64,000 bases of DNA from Narcine bancroftii (taxonomy: Eukaryota), in the NCBI RefSeq assembly GCF_036971445.1, contig NC_091469.1, positions 280,364,001 to 280,428,000 on the forward strand, given 5' to 3'. Below the pieces are notes generated by a model that was not told the DNA's origin, did no database searches, and saw only the letters and a list, made by a program, of their open reading frames with translations. The stretch's first letter is position 1, and every line of letters starts with the position of its first letter. Below are positions 52,207-64,000 of the stretch, piece after piece. A program made the translations under genes and the position numbers.

Positions 52207-52213
52207 CAGGCAT
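52187..52213 (-). other. uORF MPGRCPRC* whose TGA directly precedes the upstream KCNC1 ATG, in frame
   Basis: Minus strand ATG CCT GGC CGC TGT CCG CGG TGC TGA ATG ATC AGC. Confidence 0.6.
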
Positions 52214-52825
52214 CTGTCCGCCGCACCTCCGCCTTCTCCCCGCCTCTTTCCTCCCTCCGACGCCGACCTTCCTTCGTCTCTCCAGGCTCAGGTTTTAACC
52301 ACCACCTCTCCAGCGCGACTGATCAGACAGCTTCGATATTGATTGATCAGGTGTTGCATTTACATTGTTCGGCTTGGTGCAAGCGAGAGAAAGAAAAGAC
52401 GGCGCATTGGAAGGAGGAGCCCAGACCACTCCGCTCTCAGCCACGCTGCGCAGCCGCGAATTCAGGTTCTCGCCACCACCTCCCCCACCCCCACTCCCTC
52501 CACGCCAACCATCGCCGGGCACCGCGCACGGTCTAAGAAACCGTGACAGCTGTCAGAAGGTTGTTTCTTGAGCCACATCAACAGGAGGGTGCACTTCCAA
52601 CCCGAAAGCCACAACCCAGCCCATAAATAGACACAATTCGCAAGAGTCTGTACCAATCCATGGCATTTCTGAGACTGAGATTATGAAAAGGCAGTGGATT
52701 TCGGCGGAAGGAAAGAATGACGGGTTGGCAACCCAGCGATAAACACAAAGCACAAGAGCAAACGTCTACACGGTTTGATTCCTGTGGATGCCTCATGCAG
52801 ATACGAAGACATACACAAAATGTAG

Positions 52826-52853
<28 letters not shown>
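52826..52853. repeat. (CA)n microsatellite upstream of KCNC1
   Basis: Direct sequence. Confidence 0.9.
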
Positions 52854-52856
<3 letters not shown>

Positions 52857-53319
52857 GTGTGGGCATATACTTGCATGTTCGTATACAGGATTGCACAAAA
52901 CACAAGCACGATCTTCATGGGTTTTTTTTTGGACAGATTATTAAAATTTGCTGCTGAATGGAGCTGAGGGCCAGTTTCTCAAGGGGCTGCTGAGTGTATC
53001 AACAATAATTTCTTCTGTACGGACCACAGTGTCAATCATACAGACCCCATATTTCAGAGTTTCAGTAGGGCACAGTTATTAATAACTGCCCAGGAATGGA
53101 TTACTGGATATATCAAGAGACTTCGATGATATGTTATCCTGCAAAAGAAAAGTCATTCATTTTCTGAATGTCATCAGAAATACAAGATGTTTTTTTTTTG
53201 CCATGTCTAACACTTGGCAAGGACATGTTAGTTTGAATCACAAGTAGCTTTCTCTTTGAAGAGCTGTTGCTCCCTGCATGTTTTGTACCTTGTGCACTGA
53301 ATTGGATTTTAGAACAAGA

Positions 53320-53740
53320 GAACATTTCAGCACAGAAAAGTCTGTCTGTCCCAAACTATTATTCTGCCTAGTTCCACCAACCTGCACCATCCACAGCCCT
53401 CCATACCCCTCCCATCCATGTACTTGTCCAAATTTTTCTTAAATGTTAAAATTGAGCCCACATTCACCACTTCAGATGACAGCTCATGCCACATTCCCAG
53501 TATGTGAGGAAGTTCCCCTTAAACATTTCCCCTTTCACCCTTAACCCATATCCTCCGGTTTGTATCTCACCTACCCTCAGTGAAAAAAAAGCCTATCTAT
53601 TTATGTCTGTGTATCCCCTTGTAATTTTAAATACCTCTATCAAATCTCCCTCATTCTTCTACTCTCCAGGGAATAAAGTCCTAACCTGTTGAACTTTTCC
53701 CTGAAACTCAGTTCCTGAAATCCGGACAACATTCTTGTAA
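53320..53740 (-). mobile_element. CR1-type LINE 3' fragment
   Basis: FTRMLSGFQELSFREKFNRLGLYSLESRRMR. Confidence 0.8.
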
Positions 53741-55349
53741 AAGGATTCAAGGAACATTTTGTTTTGTACCTGTTTTGTGATGTGAGACTGTTCCTTTTGT
53801 ATTTATCTAGAATATTAAAATAATGTTGTAGAATCATTTTAAATTAGCGAAAGGAGTAGATTTGTCTTTTTTTTAATATATGAACACTGAATATGTTGGA
53901 AATTGTACCACTTGTTATGTTCATTGCATTGTACAGCACAGGGAAGTTGCCCATTTCAGCTTCCCCAAACTGTTTAATCAATTATCTTTTCTCACTCCTA
54001 AGGGCAGCCGAGGGTCTATTTGTTCATGTTTTCATGATTTGGCCATGATAGCAAAGTTACTGTTTCTGAATAACTTGCATTCTGACCCTTGACTGCAACC
54101 CAGTATCTACAAGACTTAATTCAGGAATATGGCGGAATATTATCATTGTCCAATGAAGCAAAGATATAGGTAAAACAAAAAAAAACTGCAAGCACTATGA
54201 TTGTAGTGAATGCACAAAAGTGCTGGAGAAACATAACAGATTTCCAAAGGAAATAGGAAGTAAAAATATACAAGAAAGTCTGCAGATGCTATCTTGACAA
54301 ATGTTCACTCAGGCCTGAAACGTTGATTCTATATCTTTGCCTTCTATGGATGCTGAGGGACTTGCTGAGTTTCTCCAGCACTTTTGTATATTAAGCATAG
54401 ATCTACCAGCATTCACAGAATACAATGCCATCCAGAACAGATCAACTGATTTGCATGGATTTCCTATCGTCTTCCATTGTTTATCCATGTGTGGTGTTGC
54501 ACAACTTAAAAGGTTCATCATAGTTCTGTTGACAGCAGCCCACTCCTCTCGGCTGTATCATATATTGAAAAATGAAATCATAACTATTATGTTTTGAGCC
54601 TTCGGGGCATTCAGGAGCACCTTTCAGTCAATAAATTTGTTCTTATGTTGGTAAAAGTGTGATTATATTAAAAATTCTGAATGGTGCATTTTAGTTACAT
54701 ATTTTGTGGTCTGTGTATGTATTCCATATTGACACAGATGTTCAATTTTGTTATTGAGTTTTGTTCATTATGTATTGCCAGTTATAGGCTTTGTTCAGTA
54801 TGTGTTCATTGTATACTTGTCCTCTATATCTTACTTCTAAATTGCACATTTGGACAATAGGCCAGATCTTGGTGGATTAGGCCACCCACCTGGAACCCTA
54901 TGCACCGGCGTATACATAAATTTTGCAGTCCATGACCTGATATCTAATCAGCATCTGGAGTTCACTACCTGAATTGAGGATAACAAGATCCAGATGGCTA
55001 ATGGGTGTTGGGTCATAAGTTAAAATGATGGTCAAAGCTTTATCTTCTCTCAAAACTGCCAGGAACTTTTAACAAATACTTTAAATGTCTCTGACATTCA
55101 GAAACAGAACAAAATAAGATTGAAATAAACAATTTTAAAAATAAAAATTGAAGCATATAAAGCACTTAAAAATAATTTAAAACATTAACATATAAAATAA
55201 TTAAGAATTTTTCCACTTTGTCCCTCAATCAGCAGAATTAGAACCTCCATTGAAATCATTGGGGTCTCAGATCTTGGTCTCATTTCAGGTTGACTCAGAG
55301 ATAATATTTCAGGTCCAAATTCTCTGTCAGAACTGGGAAAGAGAGAAAA

Positions 55350-56130
55350 CACATTTATTTTCACTAATGCAAACTAAACGACTGAGAACGAAAAAACAAT
55401 CCCTGGGGTACTTTGCCAGTTACATCCCTATGGCCTGAAAAAGAACCATTTATTCTAGCCTTCCTGACTTCTATATTACACCAGTTTTCAATCCGTGCTA
55501 ACACAATTCCTTCAATACCCAGGACTCTCAGTTTGTTCATTAGCCTCTTAAGTAGCACTTTGTCAAATATCTTTCGGAAATCTAGATACGTCACATCTAC
55601 AGATTGCTATTTACCAACTCTACTATTGCATCCTCAAAGAATTTGAACAAATTTATTCAACAAGATTTACTTTCATGAAACCATGTTGACTCAGTATGAT
55701 TATGTTCAGCTTTCCTAAATGATTAGTTATTTCCTCTTTGATCATTGTCTTGAGCGTCTTGCTAACTTAAGATGTTTTAACTAACTGATCCAGATTTCCC
55801 TGCCTTTTGTGTTCCTTCCTCTTTGAACAAGAAAGTCACATTGTCTGTTTTCTAATCTATTGCGCCCTTCTAGAATTTACCTGGTATTATTTCAATCAGT
55901 GAATCCACTATCTTGTAGTCACTTCCTTCAAAACTATGTGCAAGACCGGGTTCTGGAGATTAGTCCACATTTAGTCCCACGAGTTTCTTTAATACTTTAT
56001 TCCTTGTGATTGAGATTTTTGCAAGGTCCTCCATGTTATTTGAAATCACCCCATCTGTTATCTTGAAAATATATGCAGTAAACACTAACCTAAACATTGA
56101 TTTAACGTGTCTGCCATTTCCTGTTTACTT
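55350..56130 (-). mobile_element. CR1-type LINE RT fragment
   Basis: YLDFRKIFDKVLLKRLMNKLRVLGIEG...WCN...INGSFSGHRDVTGKVPQG. Confidence 0.85.
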
Positions 56131-56779
56131 TCCTTTTAGAAATCTAAGAAGACAGGCCAGTCAGTAGGTCAACAACAAGCAAGTGAAGATGAGGGAAAAA
56201 CTGACACTGAATCTGACACTTCTGGGCAACATGCTGTCCAAATCACTTTAGAGGTGAGATCAACACATGGTGAGTCAAAATAACACCTAGAAAACAGGTA
56301 CTATGCAAGAGAATTTTACACCTTGTGTTGTTAATCACTGCTTCAAATATATTACAGCAGGTTTCTGAACGAGATTTCTTTCTGCTTTACTTCCTTATCT
56401 CTTACACCAAACAGCTCAACCTTCATCTTAATCTCACACCTCTGAGTTCATTGCCATTCTTTCTCCTGAAGTCCCTTCACACTCACTGTACAAACTCATC
56501 CACCCCTCATCATAGTCTTATCCCCAGTATTGGCTTGTCATTAAATCTTTCAGCTCCTGTTGTAACCATCGCTGATAAAGGCAATCTTTCATGATTTCTT
56601 ATTGCAATCTTCATCGATTTTCTCTTTTCTCTTCCGACCATGCTTCTTTTCTTTTCTGCTCCTTGAACAAAATGCTCACAAATCCTACTATATTTTTGTA
56701 TAACATGGATAATTGTAAATTGTTGTCAATCCTGATTACGTTGACGTTGACACTGATAATTTTGATAACTGTTTCGGTA

Positions 56780-57180
56780 CGAGTTTGGAAATTCATGAAC
56801 AAAATACCCATCTATATAATCCTATTCAACTATTTCTCAAGATACCTCTTGAATGTTCTACTGTTCTATCTTCTGCCAACATCTCTGGCAACTTATTCCA
56901 GACACCAACAACTCTGTGTGAAAACAATTATACCTCAAATATCCATTAAACCTTCTTTCTTTCACCTTAAACCTGTCTTCTTGTTTTAGCACCATCCACC
57001 ATGGGAAACAGATATTGACTATTGACTCTATATATACCTCTCATTATTTTCTATACCTCTATCATGTCACCTCTCTGTCTCCTTCACTTCAGGGAAAACA
57101 GACCTAACCAATCCAATCTCTCCTTAAAATTCAAACTCTCTAATCCAGGTAATGCCCTCGTGAATTTGTTCTGACTCCTT
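56780..57180 (-). mobile_element. CR1-type LINE 3' fragment
   Basis: Reverse complement of FTRALPGL...LGLFSLK-type sequence. Confidence 0.65.
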
Positions 57181-57859
57181 GATGCCCATTATCAAATTCT
57201 TCTATATGACAAACAAAGAGCCCATGCTAGCTCACAAACCAATCCCATTCTCCCAGTATTTTTTCTTTAATCTATTCTTCCCACATTCCCTTCTGTTGTT
57301 CCCACCCCCAAATTCTACCGCTCACCAATACACTGGGGAAAATTCACATACGCAGCCTCTGTACCTTTGAGATGAGGGCGGAAACTGGAGCACAGGTTCG
57401 AGGGTGAAGGAACCATGCACTCACGGGGAGAACATGTAATCTCCACATCGTCAGCACTGGTGGTCAGGAGTCAACCATTAACCTTGGTGTTGTGAGGCAG
57501 CAGCTGGTAGCCAAGCCACTGTTCTGTCATATGATAAACTGCTTTAAACCAAAAGTTGCCAGATTTGGCTGTATTAACATTATTTGCTTCTATTTAAGCT
57601 ACATTGTCACTTACAATAGTTTCTTTTGCTTTGTCCTGTACAATTTCTCATCAAGACCAAGCCTCAGCTACCTGTTTTCCCCTCTACCTCCTTTCCACTG
57701 GATCACACTCCTCTTCCTGAAATTCGGTGCTTGCCTTGATTCTGTTCCATTTCTAGCTTTGGCCTGTACAATTTTTCATGTTGTCCATCACTCCCAGTCC
57801 ACTTGATACGTTTTCAGCCAAACTGTTAACCACTCTAGATGCTTTCCTAGCCCCCTGAT

Positions 57860-58830
57860 CATGGTTTCCTCTCCTGGTTTATGTTCTCCCCACTTTCCCA
57901 CTCTCCGTCTCTCCCTCCCTCTCCTTTTCAACTCCTCTCCCTCTCAACCCTTGCCCTCTCAACCCCCCATTCTCTCACTCCTTCTGTCAACCTTCTTTCT
58001 CTCCTCTCTCACACCTTTCTCTCTCCCTTTCCCCTCTCTCTCACACCCTCTCTCTCACCTCCTCTCTTTCTCATCCCCTCTCTTCCTCCCACCCAGTCTC
58101 CATCCCTCCTGATCTTCCACTCTCCCTCGCTTGCACTCTTCCTCTCTCCTTCTCTCCCTTTCTCAATCCCTCAATTTCTCCCACTCCCCTTTCTCCATTT
58201 TTCTTACTCTCTTCCTTTCTACTAGTATCCCTCTGTTCCTCCATTGCCCAATATCTACCCTCTCTCTCATCCCCTCCCTCTCTCACTCTCTTACACCTCT
58301 CTCAACCACCCCTCTCTCCACCTTTCTCCCTCCATCTCCCACTCCCTCTCTTTTCTCTCTCTGTTCCTCTCTCCCTCAACCACTCTCTCCTCCTTTCCCT
58401 CTCTCTCCTCTCTCCCTTTCACCCCCTCTCCCTCTCACCACTCACTCTCCCCTCTCCCTCTTTCCCCTTCCTCATTCTCTATACCTTCTCTCTACCTCTT
58501 TCTCTATCCTTCCTTTTTCTTCCATACACCTATCTCTCCCCATCTCTCCCATTCTCTCCTCCCCCCCTACTATTCTCCATCTCTCCTCCACTCTCCCCCA
58601 CTCTCTCCCCATCTCCCCCTCACTCTCCTCTTCCTTCCTCTCCTTCTCTCCCTCCCTCACCTCCTGGCTCTCACTCCTGTTCCCTCTCTCCCCCTTTCTC
58701 TCCCCTCTCCTATTTGTCTCTCTCTGTGCCTCTGTCTCTAAATGTCTCTCTCTATCTCTCACATACACACTCTCTCTCCCTCCCACCCACCATCCCCCAC
58801 TCTCCCTTTCCCTACCACCATCCTCCACTT
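57860..58830. repeat. ~1 kb CT-rich polypyrimidine/polypurine low-complexity tract
   Basis: Almost entirely C/T on the plus strand; the ORFs called here are S/L/P or G/E/R compositional artefacts. Confidence 0.9.
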
Positions 58831-59378
58831 TTTAAAAGGGCTGTTAAACCTATCTATGACCGAGCTTTTGAAATTTGGTCCCTGCTTTTGTTTCAGTATT
58901 AGTGTCAAATATTTACAATTTTACATTATGCTACAGGTGCTAAATAAATGCAGGATGTCATTGCAGGTGTCATGGTGTGGTTGGAAAACAACACTGATAT
59001 TTATAGCAGGGCTTTGAAGGAACACCGACAGTGACGTGCAATGGGGAAGAATCACATGAGTATGGTAATGAGATCTTGCACTGAAAGTGATGAGGTTATG
59101 AGAGATTGCTAATATTAGTGATAATGGGATGGGAGGTCAGCCAATGCTCTTACAGTTGATGCGGGAGATACATTAAAGCTGACTGCCACTAAACAAGAAT
59201 AGTGATCAAATATTAGGATCAAGGAGGCAAGGAAGAGACCATTGTGCTTAAACAGTTAATTACAGCACGAAATAACAGGATAGGAATAATTACAAAAGTT
59301 GGCGATGAAAGAAGGTTGAGAGTTATTAGGACTGCATCAGAGCTCAGAGGCAGCTGGTAATCTTTCTGATTAATTGGT

Positions 59379-59625
59379 GGGGTGGCACAGTTGGCGAAGC
59401 GAGTAGCACAACCCCTTTACAGTGCCAGCAATCGGGACCAGTGTTTGAATCCCGCGCTGTCTGGAAGGAGTTGGTATATTCTCCCTGTGTCTGCGTGGGT
59501 TTTCCCCAGGGGCTCCCACCATACAAAACGTACCGGGGATAATAGGGTGTAAATTGAGAGACATAGACCATGGGCTGAAATGGCCTGTTAACCATGCTGT
59601 ATGTCTAAATTAAATTAAAAATTAA
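59379..59625 (+). mobile_element. tRNA-derived SINE
   Basis: ggggtggcacagttggcg...gtttgaatccc...tgcgtgggttttcccc...aattaaattaa; homologous to 26092-26345. Confidence 0.8.
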
Positions 59626-60051
59626 CCAGTGATTCAATTAGCCTGGGACAGATCATTGATGTGGCAAATGATGTGAAGTGGAAAGGATGTCCAAGAATGG
59701 TGAGATTTAATGATTGTGTAATGACTACATTCAGGTTCTAATAAGATTGATGCTGGATCATTCCTTCTGATAGCAGAGTGGAGAGGATGTTGCTGGTTCT
59801 TGAAGGGTGTGAGGAGTTTCATGACTATTCATAAAGTTGATGATGGAATTAATAATGACAGCAGTTTTTGGGGTTAAAAGAATCTTTGCAGATCTCAGTG
59901 AAAATAGGAAGGAACATGAGGCCGAAGAGGATTGCTGACAATAACTCTTCTTCCTGAGATGTAAGACTATTCAAGTTCTTTTAACATTGAGGAGAATTAT
60001 TAATGATGACAGTACTGGGATTGCTAAGGACTTTTGGGGTGGTAATGGTAT

Positions 60052-60353
60052 TGTAGTATTCGCGCTTTGCAAGTGTGGAGAAGAACAATACACATGCCAA
60101 AGGCTTGAAGTCAAGACTGGTTTATTGAACTGGTTGTCGCACTTATATGGGCTCCAGGTGGTGACGTCAGGGCCCTGGGTTATTAGAGTGCCGGCCTGGG
60201 ATTGGCCCAGCATTCCCGCCACAGTTCCCCATCTTCCCGTCGTGTGGGAAGTCACCTGGGATGATAACTGGTGTCACCCCCAGGGCCGCGTGGTCACCAC
60301 GTTCGTCGGCCATTTTGTGGGCTGGTCCACATCTCCGTGCACTGGCTGCTACA
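60052..60353 (-). mobile_element. Solo LTR (302 bp, Gypsy-like)
   Basis: TGTAG...CTACA termini; TSD gtat at 60048-60051 and 60354-60357. On the minus strand: CCAAT (60201-60205), TGACGTCA (60162-60169), TATAAG (~60142-60147), AATAAA (60121-60126). Confidence 0.85.
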
Positions 60354-62555
60354 GTATAAGTAGGAAATATTATTGACACTGGTTATTTTAAGGATTAAAA
60401 TCACAACTTCTGCTCTGATATCAAGAGCTTTGTGGATGAAAGGTGCATTTACATTAAGGATACAGTTAATGAGAAATTTCTGATTGTCGGGACTTCGAGT
60501 GAAATTGACAAAATCTAGACTGAGTGGGATATTAAGGGCCTTTGGTGGTCAAGTCATGCTCAGTGAGAATACTGATTCAGGTAGTAAAATAAATGGGAGG
60601 AATTTCTGGACTTGGTTGTGAAGGAAGATTCAGATTCCCATCCTGCCCACAAATTATTTTGACCAAAGTCATCAATAACATTCTGTGTGATTAGTGCAAT
60701 ATTCCACTTTGATTACCCTGTGGTCTGCCGCATTATTGACCACATTATTATTTCCCATTACCTGTTTTCTGAAGCGTTCTTCCATGGCATTGCATTAGTA
60801 TTGTTACATTTATTCCTATCGCAAAGCAAACTGATCGTCACCATGCAGATTTCTCTTGAGGTGACCACTCATCATTTCTTGTGCATTTCATGGCCCTTCT
60901 TCTACCCTATGATCTTTGGTGATTTCATAGCCAATGACACATCAGTCAGGAAACTATTGTTCACCTAACCATCAGTTGCAGTAAATGTCCCCCTGGAATG
61001 AGGCACTAATGTCCCTCAAGTCAATGAGATGCATTACATGTCATAATTTGGCTTATAATTATTTATGTTGCTAGATTTTGAATTTGTCAAACTAGTGTTT
61101 TCTATGCAAATTGTGGCAAGTGCTGGGGTGGGTGTGGGATACATGCATAAATCCAAAAAGCATGTGAAAGCCTGGAAGAGTGGTCCCAATGCTCAGTACC
61201 CAAACATAATAAGAGCTGAAAGCTTCATAAATCTACACAAACCTACACCTCTCCCTGACTCTGCATTCTTCTTTTCCTAGGCAAAAAATATTTTTTTGTT
61301 TGAGAGAAATCATGGATAGCCCTGTGGGCAGGTTCTGGAGTAGGAAGAAAGATCACAGGAAGTATACATTTATACCTCAGGAGATTCCAAGATATTTATT
61401 CTTGAACATACAAAGACTGTATTTTCTGAAAGGAACATTCACTGATTAAAGAGTTTTCAATCCAGACTTTCAAACTACAACAGGGATAGCTATTTCCAGA
61501 CACAACCTATCAGTGGCATCTTGAATATTTACACAATCAAGTTGAAGAGGCGTTTACTAAATTGCCCAAATGTGTGTCAGGGAGATAGGGTGAGAAGAGA
61601 GAGAATGAATAAGGAAAATGAGAAATAACTTGTGTGATCCTGGTGAGGCATCTGACAGCTCCTTCCACAACATTTCCATTTCTTCCACATCCATAGTGTG
61701 GTTGTAAGGACAATATTGTAGCTAAAACACCAGATCATTTGACAGAAGCAGCTATAAAAACACCAGCAGCAATGAAAACAACAGCACATGCTTGTAGCCC
61801 TTCAGACAAAACCACGTGATTTGAAATGTCACTGTAATTGGATAATAATGACAGCTCTGACTGGAGCGCATTAGAAGGTTCAAAACGAAAATTAGCATAG
61901 AGTTTTAGCCTTGTAGGTAAGCTGGGCTTATATGGCCACACTGGCATCACTAGGGGGGTGCGGGGGGGGTGCAAATCATACTGGGTGACACCATCAGAAG
62001 CGGTGACGCCAAAATTACTGTCTATATAATTTTTGTACAGTGTTTTAGCAGAAATTTATTATTTTTTATAAAATATCCCTGTAGTTAGATATAACCACAA
62101 ATACATTTTTCATAAGCCCAGCTTACCTACAAGGCTAAAACTCTATGCTAATTTACTTTTTGAACCTTCTAATGTGCTCCAGTCAGAGCTATCATTATTA
62201 CCCAATTACAGTGACATTTCAAATCACGTGGTTTTGTCTGAAGTGTTACAAGCATGTGCTGTTGTTTTCATTGCTGCTGGTGTTTTTATAGCTGCTTCTG
62301 TCAAATTATCAGGTGTTTTAGCGACAATATTGTGGTAATTAGTGTTTGTTAACCTATAGCAATAACTTTTTTGAGAATTAAGTAGTAATTAAATGAAAAG
62401 GGAAAAAAAAGGCTTTCACTCAGTAACTAATAATGTTGTAATTCAATGTAGAAAGATTTTACAAAACAATTTTGTTCTTAGAAATATTACATTTAAGCAA
62501 TTTACAACTATATTTATCACATCTTATTCTATATTTTTACAACTATATATAAATT

Positions 62556-63143
62556 TGTACCTCTCACTTTGTTCGTTTTAGATTGGTCACAGTGTTTGAG
62601 CTACCGAAAGAAAACAGAGACACACGCCGAGAGCACTTCAGTTTATACAAATCTTTATTACTAAATCTAAAGCTGATTTCAAACTACAATATGCAAGCCC
62701 TTGCCAATTATACTTATAAACGCCTGGACTGGTCCCAACTGCTGAAGCGAGGCAATGACCGCACACTTGTAGTAGCCAGTAGCAGCTTCTCCACCTCCCC
62801 CGACCGGGACGTTGGTTGGACTCTAGAAGTTCTTCTTCTTGCTGAGAGACGTTTCCACCCCTCGGAGAGTCTGAAACTTCAGCAGGGGACCATGTCTTAT
62901 ATTACCCAAAAATTGTTTACTCATAGCCCATCACCCTGAATTTACTTATCTTCAAGGTCTCCTGACAATCTGCCACCAACAAAAGACAACTGCATCTCTG
63001 GGCCTCATGGTGTAAATTAGATTGTCTAATGACCAACAAAAGACAACTGCATCTCTGGGCCTCATGGTGTAAATTAGATTATGTCTGCTGATTCTGCATC
63101 TCTGGGCCCTATCGTGGAATTTAGATTATGTCGGCTTCATACA
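62556..63143 (-). mobile_element. Probable solo LTR (left boundary uncertain)
   Basis: Ends in ...ACA at 63143. The minus strand has U3-like tandem repeats, then a TATA-like element (~62898), then AATAAA (~62654). No clean TSD found. Confidence 0.5.
62975..63132. repeat. 57-bp tandem repeat (2 near-exact copies plus 1 partial)
   Basis: accaacaaaagacaactgcatctctgggcctcatggtgtaaattagatt at 62975 and 63032; partial third copy at ~63094. Confidence 0.85.
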
Positions 63144-64000
63144 TTATTCTCCAAGTAGGTTACTGATACTTAAACTTGTATAAGTAAAAGCATGGTCTAA
63201 ATCCTCCATTACAGGGGGTTGACACCATGAGTTACCACACTGGGTGACACCAATGCTAGTGACACCACTGTATGGCATCTTCAATGAACAACTTTGTAAT
63301 GGCATTTGTGGGCACCATTTATATACAACTTCCTGCAAACAAATAGAACAAGAAGCAGAAATCCAAGAAGATGTGTGTCCAAAACAGTAGGCAGCTTTGT
63401 AAATCTTTTATCATGAGGGATTTGGGCATCTTGGCTTTCAAGAGCAATATATCTAACATATTGTGATATCCTAGGGGTACATAATAACATTTGTGCATAT
63501 GAATAGCAGATGAAGAAGCAATAGATGGTTTTACATGAGTCTTCTGTGAGGTCAGTTGGGGTCAGTTTTTATACCCTCATGGGTATATTTCATAAGTACT
63601 TTATTGACTGCAAAACAAACTTCAGTCTTATACTTAAGTAAGGTATTGTAAAAACATAAGTTACTTAATTTTTCATGGCAAATGTATTTAGGTTCTATTA
63701 AAACATCTAAATAGAGATACTTTCAAATCTTAGCCAAGGTCCAGTGAGTAGTTTTCATCAATGGAAGCTCACACTCCACCCCAATATTGGTGCAGTCAAG
63801 ATGAAGAGCAGCTAGCAAGTTCAGTTCATACAGAGCTGTGGAAGAACCCTAGGCCTAGTGGCACTTCCAGCGCAGACTACCAATGTTGACAGCAAATTCC
63901 AACACATTGTCTTTGGTGCATGTTAGAATCTCCACTCCCCAAACATCTCCACAATAGCAATTGTCCTGATACTGGACCATCTTGCTATTGATCTTGGCTG

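Larger units (their letters stand above)
51540..52780. promoter_or_regulatory. CpG island over KCNC1 exon 1, 5' UTR and proximal promoter
   Basis: Visibly GC- and CpG-rich compared with the CpG-depleted remainder; the TSS cannot be determined from sequence. Confidence 0.75.
61939..63270. mobile_element. hAT (Tip100-like) non-autonomous DNA transposon containing an LTR-like insert
   Basis: TIRs cactggcatcactag / ctagtgacaccactg (12/15); subterminal ggtgacacc repeats at both ends; flanks tatggcca / tatggcat. Confidence 0.7.

Noticed and set aside
51497-52298. Antisense ORFs over exon 1 (173, 109 and 68 aa) and over exon 2 (9339-9587)
   Set aside because: Expected shadows of coding or GC-rich sequence with no recognisable motifs.
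57861-58902. Long ORFs (up to 234 aa) in the CT-rich tract
   Set aside because: Stop codons are absent because of base composition; the products are low-complexity S/L/P strings.
62975-63132. Repeat arrays here, at 35482-35542 and at 36620-39580 as possible CRISPR-like arrays
   Set aside because: Head-to-tail tandem units without unique spacers, no cas genes, and a vertebrate intron/intergenic context.

Overview
This is eukaryotic, repeat-rich vertebrate genomic DNA, not prokaryotic. The repeat repertoire (abundant CR1, Penelope-like, Rex1/Babar, RTE, L1-like, tRNA-SINEs) suggests a cartilaginous fish, but that is inference. The window holds most of one gene on the minus strand: KCNC1 (Kv3.1 Shaw-type voltage-gated K+ channel). 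Exon 1 CDS is 52186-51530, followed by a ~41.8 kb intron 1. Exon 2 is 9749-8816, or reads through to a stop at 8784 to give the Kv3.1a tail [11 protein letters not shown] Kv3.1b-type exon 3 (2030-1833) is missed by the ORF track, and the canonical last Kv3.1b exon is not found in the window. The most notable observation is the translation-start region. An in-frame, weak-Kozak upstream ATG adds a 28-aa peptide strongly resembling the Kv3.4 N-type inactivation 'ball' onto an otherwise canonical Kv3.1. This ATG is immediately preceded by an 8-aa uORF whose TGA abuts it, and is overlapped by a near-consensus REST/NRSF RE1 site. Other notable items: the Kv3.1b PKC-site serine is replaced by Phe; a CR1 > Chapaev3 > 2x L1 nest includes a 5'-end-only L1 copy with a 17-bp TSD; there are two clean solo LTRs with TSDs, a composite double-MITE, a 222-bp inverted repeat at a hAT element, a degenerate ~30-bp TGTCA-rich minisatellite and a ~1 kb polypyrimidine tract. 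All homology calls come from recalled motifs, not database searches, and repeat boundaries without TSD/TIR evidence are approximate.
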